A stretch of DNA of 53,403 nt, from NCBI GenBank assembly GCA_036386655.1, contig DASVVG010000187.1, forward strand, positions 1-53,403, read 5' to 3'. Below the pieces are notes generated by a model. It saw only the letters and a list, made by a program, of their open reading frames with translations, searched no databases and was not told the origin of the DNA. This document shows positions 51,715-53,403 of this stretch, one piece after another (position 1 is the stretch's first letter; every line of letters starts with the position of its first letter). The position numbers and the translations under genes are program-made. The DNA is from Caulobacteraceae bacterium. GTDB taxonomy: Bacteria > Pseudomonadota > Alphaproteobacteria > Caulobacterales > Caulobacteraceae.

Positions 51715-51774
51715 GTGAGCTGAGATCCCTTGCTACTCCGCGGGCGCGCCGCGCGGGCGGGCGCCCGGTCTCCC

Positions 51775-51802
51775 AAAACCGCCCCTGCCGGGGCGGGGTT
51801 CC
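51775..51802 (-). terminator. Rho-independent terminator after the exonuclease gene, with an embedded GGAAC-N17-GGTT motif
   Basis: The minus strand reads GGAACCCCGCCCC-ggca-GGGGCGG-TTTT: a 7-bp GC stem (extendable with one bulge) followed by T4, starting 13 nt past the stop at 51815. The same bases read GGAAC-N17-GGTT, 62 nt upstream of the host-attachment ATG. Confidence 0.6.
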
Positions 51803-51814
51803 GCCACGGTCGAG

Positions 51815-52825
51815 CTAGTCGTCGTCCTCTTCCTCGTACCCCACCAGTCGCAGCGCGCGGGCGGAGTACCCCTCGAGGTGAGCCCAGCGCTCCAGCGCCT
51901 CCTCCCGCCCGTGGGTGATCCACAGCTCTCCGGGATCGACGTCGCGCACCGTCTGCGTGAGCTCGTCCCAGTCGGCGTGGTCGCTGATCACCAGCGGCAG
52001 CTCGACGCCCCGCTGCCGAGCCCGCGCCCGCACGCTCATCCAGCCGGAGGCGAAGCTCAGCACCGGATCCGGGAAGCGGCGGCCCCAGCGGTCCTGCAGC
52101 GCCGAGGGCGGGCCGATCACGATCTCGCCCGCGAAGTCCTTCTTCTCGGCCGTGGTCGCGGCGGCGAGCGGTCCCAGCTCCACCCCGTGCCGCTCGTAAA
52201 GCGCGTTCAGCCGGTTCAGCGCTCCGTGCACGTAGATCGTCTTCGTGTAGCCGCCCTCCCGCAGCAGCCGGATCACCCGCTGCGCCTTCCCCAGGGCGTA
52301 GGCCCCGACCATGTGCGTGCGCTCGGGGAACTGCTCCACCGACTTCAGCAGCTTGCCGATCTCCTCCGAGGAGTCGGGGTGGCGGAACACCGGCAGGCCG
52401 AACGTGGCCTCGCTCACGAACACGTCCGGCTGCTTCACCACCTCGAAGGCGGTGCAGGTCGGGTCCCGCCGCCGCTTGTAGTCGCCGCTGACCACGATGG
52501 TGACGCCCTTCCAGCGCACCACCGCTTGCGCGGAGCCCAGCACGTGCCCGGCCGGGACCAGCGTCACGTCCACGCCGTCGCGGTTCACCGTCTCGCCGTA
52601 GGGCGCCGGCTGCTTGGTCAGCGCGTGGTCGAGGCCGTAGCGCTCGTCCATGATCGCCAGCGTCTCGGGGGTCGCCAGCACCGTCCCGTGGCCGGAGCGC
52701 GCATGGTCGCTGTGCCCGTGGGTGATCACCGCCCGCGCCACCGGCTGCACGGGGTCGATGTAGAAGTCGCCGGGCGCGCAGTAGAGGCCCGCGGGCTTCG
52801 GGCAGAGCAGGTCCTGTGGTCGCAT
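51815..52825 (-). CDS. Ligase-associated DNA damage response exonuclease (MBL/beta-CASP fold)
   Basis: Internal ATG (MRPQDLLCPKPAGLYCAPGDFYIDP..). Metallo-beta-lactamase motif ITHGHSDHAR, then ..GHVLGSA.. and ..VISDHADW.. The 168 upstream codons of the track ORF are Arg/Ala-rich. Confidence 0.88.
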   Translation of the reverse strand: MRPQDLLCPKPAGLYCAPGDFYIDPVQPVARAVITHGHSDHARSGHGTVLATPETLAIMDERYGLDHALTKQPAPYGETVNRDGVDVTLVPAGHVLGSAQAVVRWKGVTIVVSGDYKRRRDPTCTAFEVVKQPDVFVSEATFGLPVFRHPDSSEEIGKLLKSVEQFPERTHMVGAYALGKAQRVIRLLREGGYTKTIYVHGALNRLNALYERHGVELGPLAAATTAEKKDFAGEIVIGPPSALQDRWGRRFPDPVLSFASGWMSVRARARQRGVELPLVISDHADWDELTQTVRDVDPGELWITHGREEALERWAHLEGYSARALRLVGYEEEDDD

Positions 52826-52853
52826 TCGGGCCTTACTGTCGCAGGGCGCAGGT

Positions 52854-52876
52854 GTCGCGGCGACCCCCGCCGCGAC
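52854..52876. other. Perfect 9-bp stem hairpin in the divergent intergenic region
   Basis: GTCGCGGCG-acccc-CGCCGCGAC, 29 nt upstream of the exonuclease ATG. Confidence 0.5.
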
Positions 52877-52937
52877 GAGACCTAGAGGTAGGCGCTCAGG
52901 AGGGCGGCCGCAGGGGGCGGTCGCGCGTAGGGGTTCC

Positions 52938-53348
52938 ATGGGGTCGCTGACTCCCCTTCTGGCGGCACCGCTGCTCGTGCAGCTGCACGTCGCCTTCGGA
53001 CTGGCCGCCGCGCTCGCCGGCGCGGCTCGCCTCGCGTGGCCCCGCTCCGAGCGCGCGGACCGGATCCTAGGCTGGACCTTCCTGGCGCTGCTCGCGCCCG
53101 CCGCGGCCACCGCCGTGCTCCTCTCCCGACCGCCGGGGACGCCGAACCTGTTCGGGCTGACTCTCGGACACGCCTTCGTGGTCGCCACCGTCATCGGCAT
53201 CGCCGCGGCGATCCGCACTGCGCGACACCCGAACGGCCTGCTCTGGCGGCGCATCGTCACCGCCCTGTTCGCCGGCGTGCTGCTCACCTGCGGCCTGTTC
53301 GAGCTCGCCCCCGGCCGCCTGATGCACACGGTCCTCGCGGGCGGCTGA
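52938..53348 (+). CDS. Four-TM membrane protein, hypothetical
   Basis: 136 aa with four hydrophobic helices. I recognise no catalytic motif. Confidence 0.55.
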   Translation: MGSLTPLLAAPLLVQLHVAFGLAAALAGAARLAWPRSERADRILGWTFLALLAPAAATAVLLSRPPGTPNLFGLTLGHAFVVATVIGIAAAIRTARHPNGLLWRRIVTALFAGVLLTCGLFELAPGRLMHTVLAGG

Positions 53349-53371
53349 TTCCGCGGCTACAAGCCGCCGCC

Positions 53372-53403
53372 ATGAGCGAACCCAAGGCCTGGCTGGACCA
53401 GCT
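53372..53403 (+). CDS. Start of an unidentified CDS (runs off the window)
   Basis: ATG at 53372 (MSEPKAWLDQ..) is open to the window end. Only 10 codons are visible. Confidence 0.25.
   Translation, partial: MSEPKAWLDQ

Noticed and set aside
1-53403. CRISPR arrays, tRNA/rRNA genes, IS elements, integrases, prophage or toxin-antitoxin modules
   Set aside because: I saw no short regularly spaced repeats, no cloverleaf-like or rRNA-like segments in the few non-coding gaps, and no transposase, integrase, phage structural or TA-like ORFs. GC content looks uniform apart from short promoter patches. The only mobility-like trace is the ligase 3'-end duplication reported as a finding.

Overview
This is a 53.4 kb, very GC-rich (about 70% by eye), gene-dense chromosomal segment from an alphaproteobacterium. 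It is probably Caulobacterales-like: a PodJ-type polarity factor sits behind a perfect CtrA box (TTAA-N7-TTAAC), a DnaA box and GANTC sites. I can support about 52 CDS, two of them cut by the window edges. I see no rRNA or tRNA genes, no CRISPR array and no transposase or integrase. Many adjacent genes overlap by 4 nt (GTGA, ATGA or TTGA), so the operons are tightly coupled. Many long track ORFs are either antisense artefacts of the high GC or carry false Arg/Pro-rich N-terminal extensions, and I re-set those starts.

Modules, left to right:
- OMP tail, a DUF11-like secreted protein and a CheY-like regulator.
- A small Lys/His/Tyr/Pro/Gly-rich secreted peptide.
- pstSCAB-phoU, divergent from an OprO/P-type porin, with phased Pho boxes in between.
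- nhaA and a cupin gene.
- otsB-GH15-otsA.
- An FAD/Rieske oxidoreductase and a PNPOx-type stress protein.
- An ACAD / HCCA-isomerase / ACAD operon.
- podJ.
- TauE plus a TIGR02186-type pair, then DUF3429.
- lhr-pdeM head-to-head with a DinG-like helicase, followed by sixA, DUF952 and pyrD.
- A serine-less esterase homolog, a six-Cys mini-protein and an MscS-family channel.
- Secreted proteins and lipoproteins around an ATP-dependent DNA ligase.
- DUF488 and a GH1-like protein.
- An erythromycin-esterase-like lipoprotein and dctA.
- A three-gene secreted hydrolase operon.
- A host-attachment family protein and the ligase-associated exonuclease.

I found no clear-cut new defence or mobile system. 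The strongest leads are:
1. The four-gene ligase-associated DNA-damage-response set is complete but split into three sub-loci. The ligase sub-locus carries a duplication scar and is flanked by paralogous six-Cys lipoproteins.
2. Several EcfG/SigT-type general-stress promoters (GGAAC-N16/17-CGTT-like) lie in front of the cupin, ots, FAD/Rieske, PNPOx and host-attachment genes.
3. Cell-cycle regulatory motifs (CtrA, DnaA, GANTC) occur at podJ, and a separate DnaA-box-like cluster lies upstream of an orphan 81-aa ORF.

All functional calls come from reading motifs by eye. No database searches were run.
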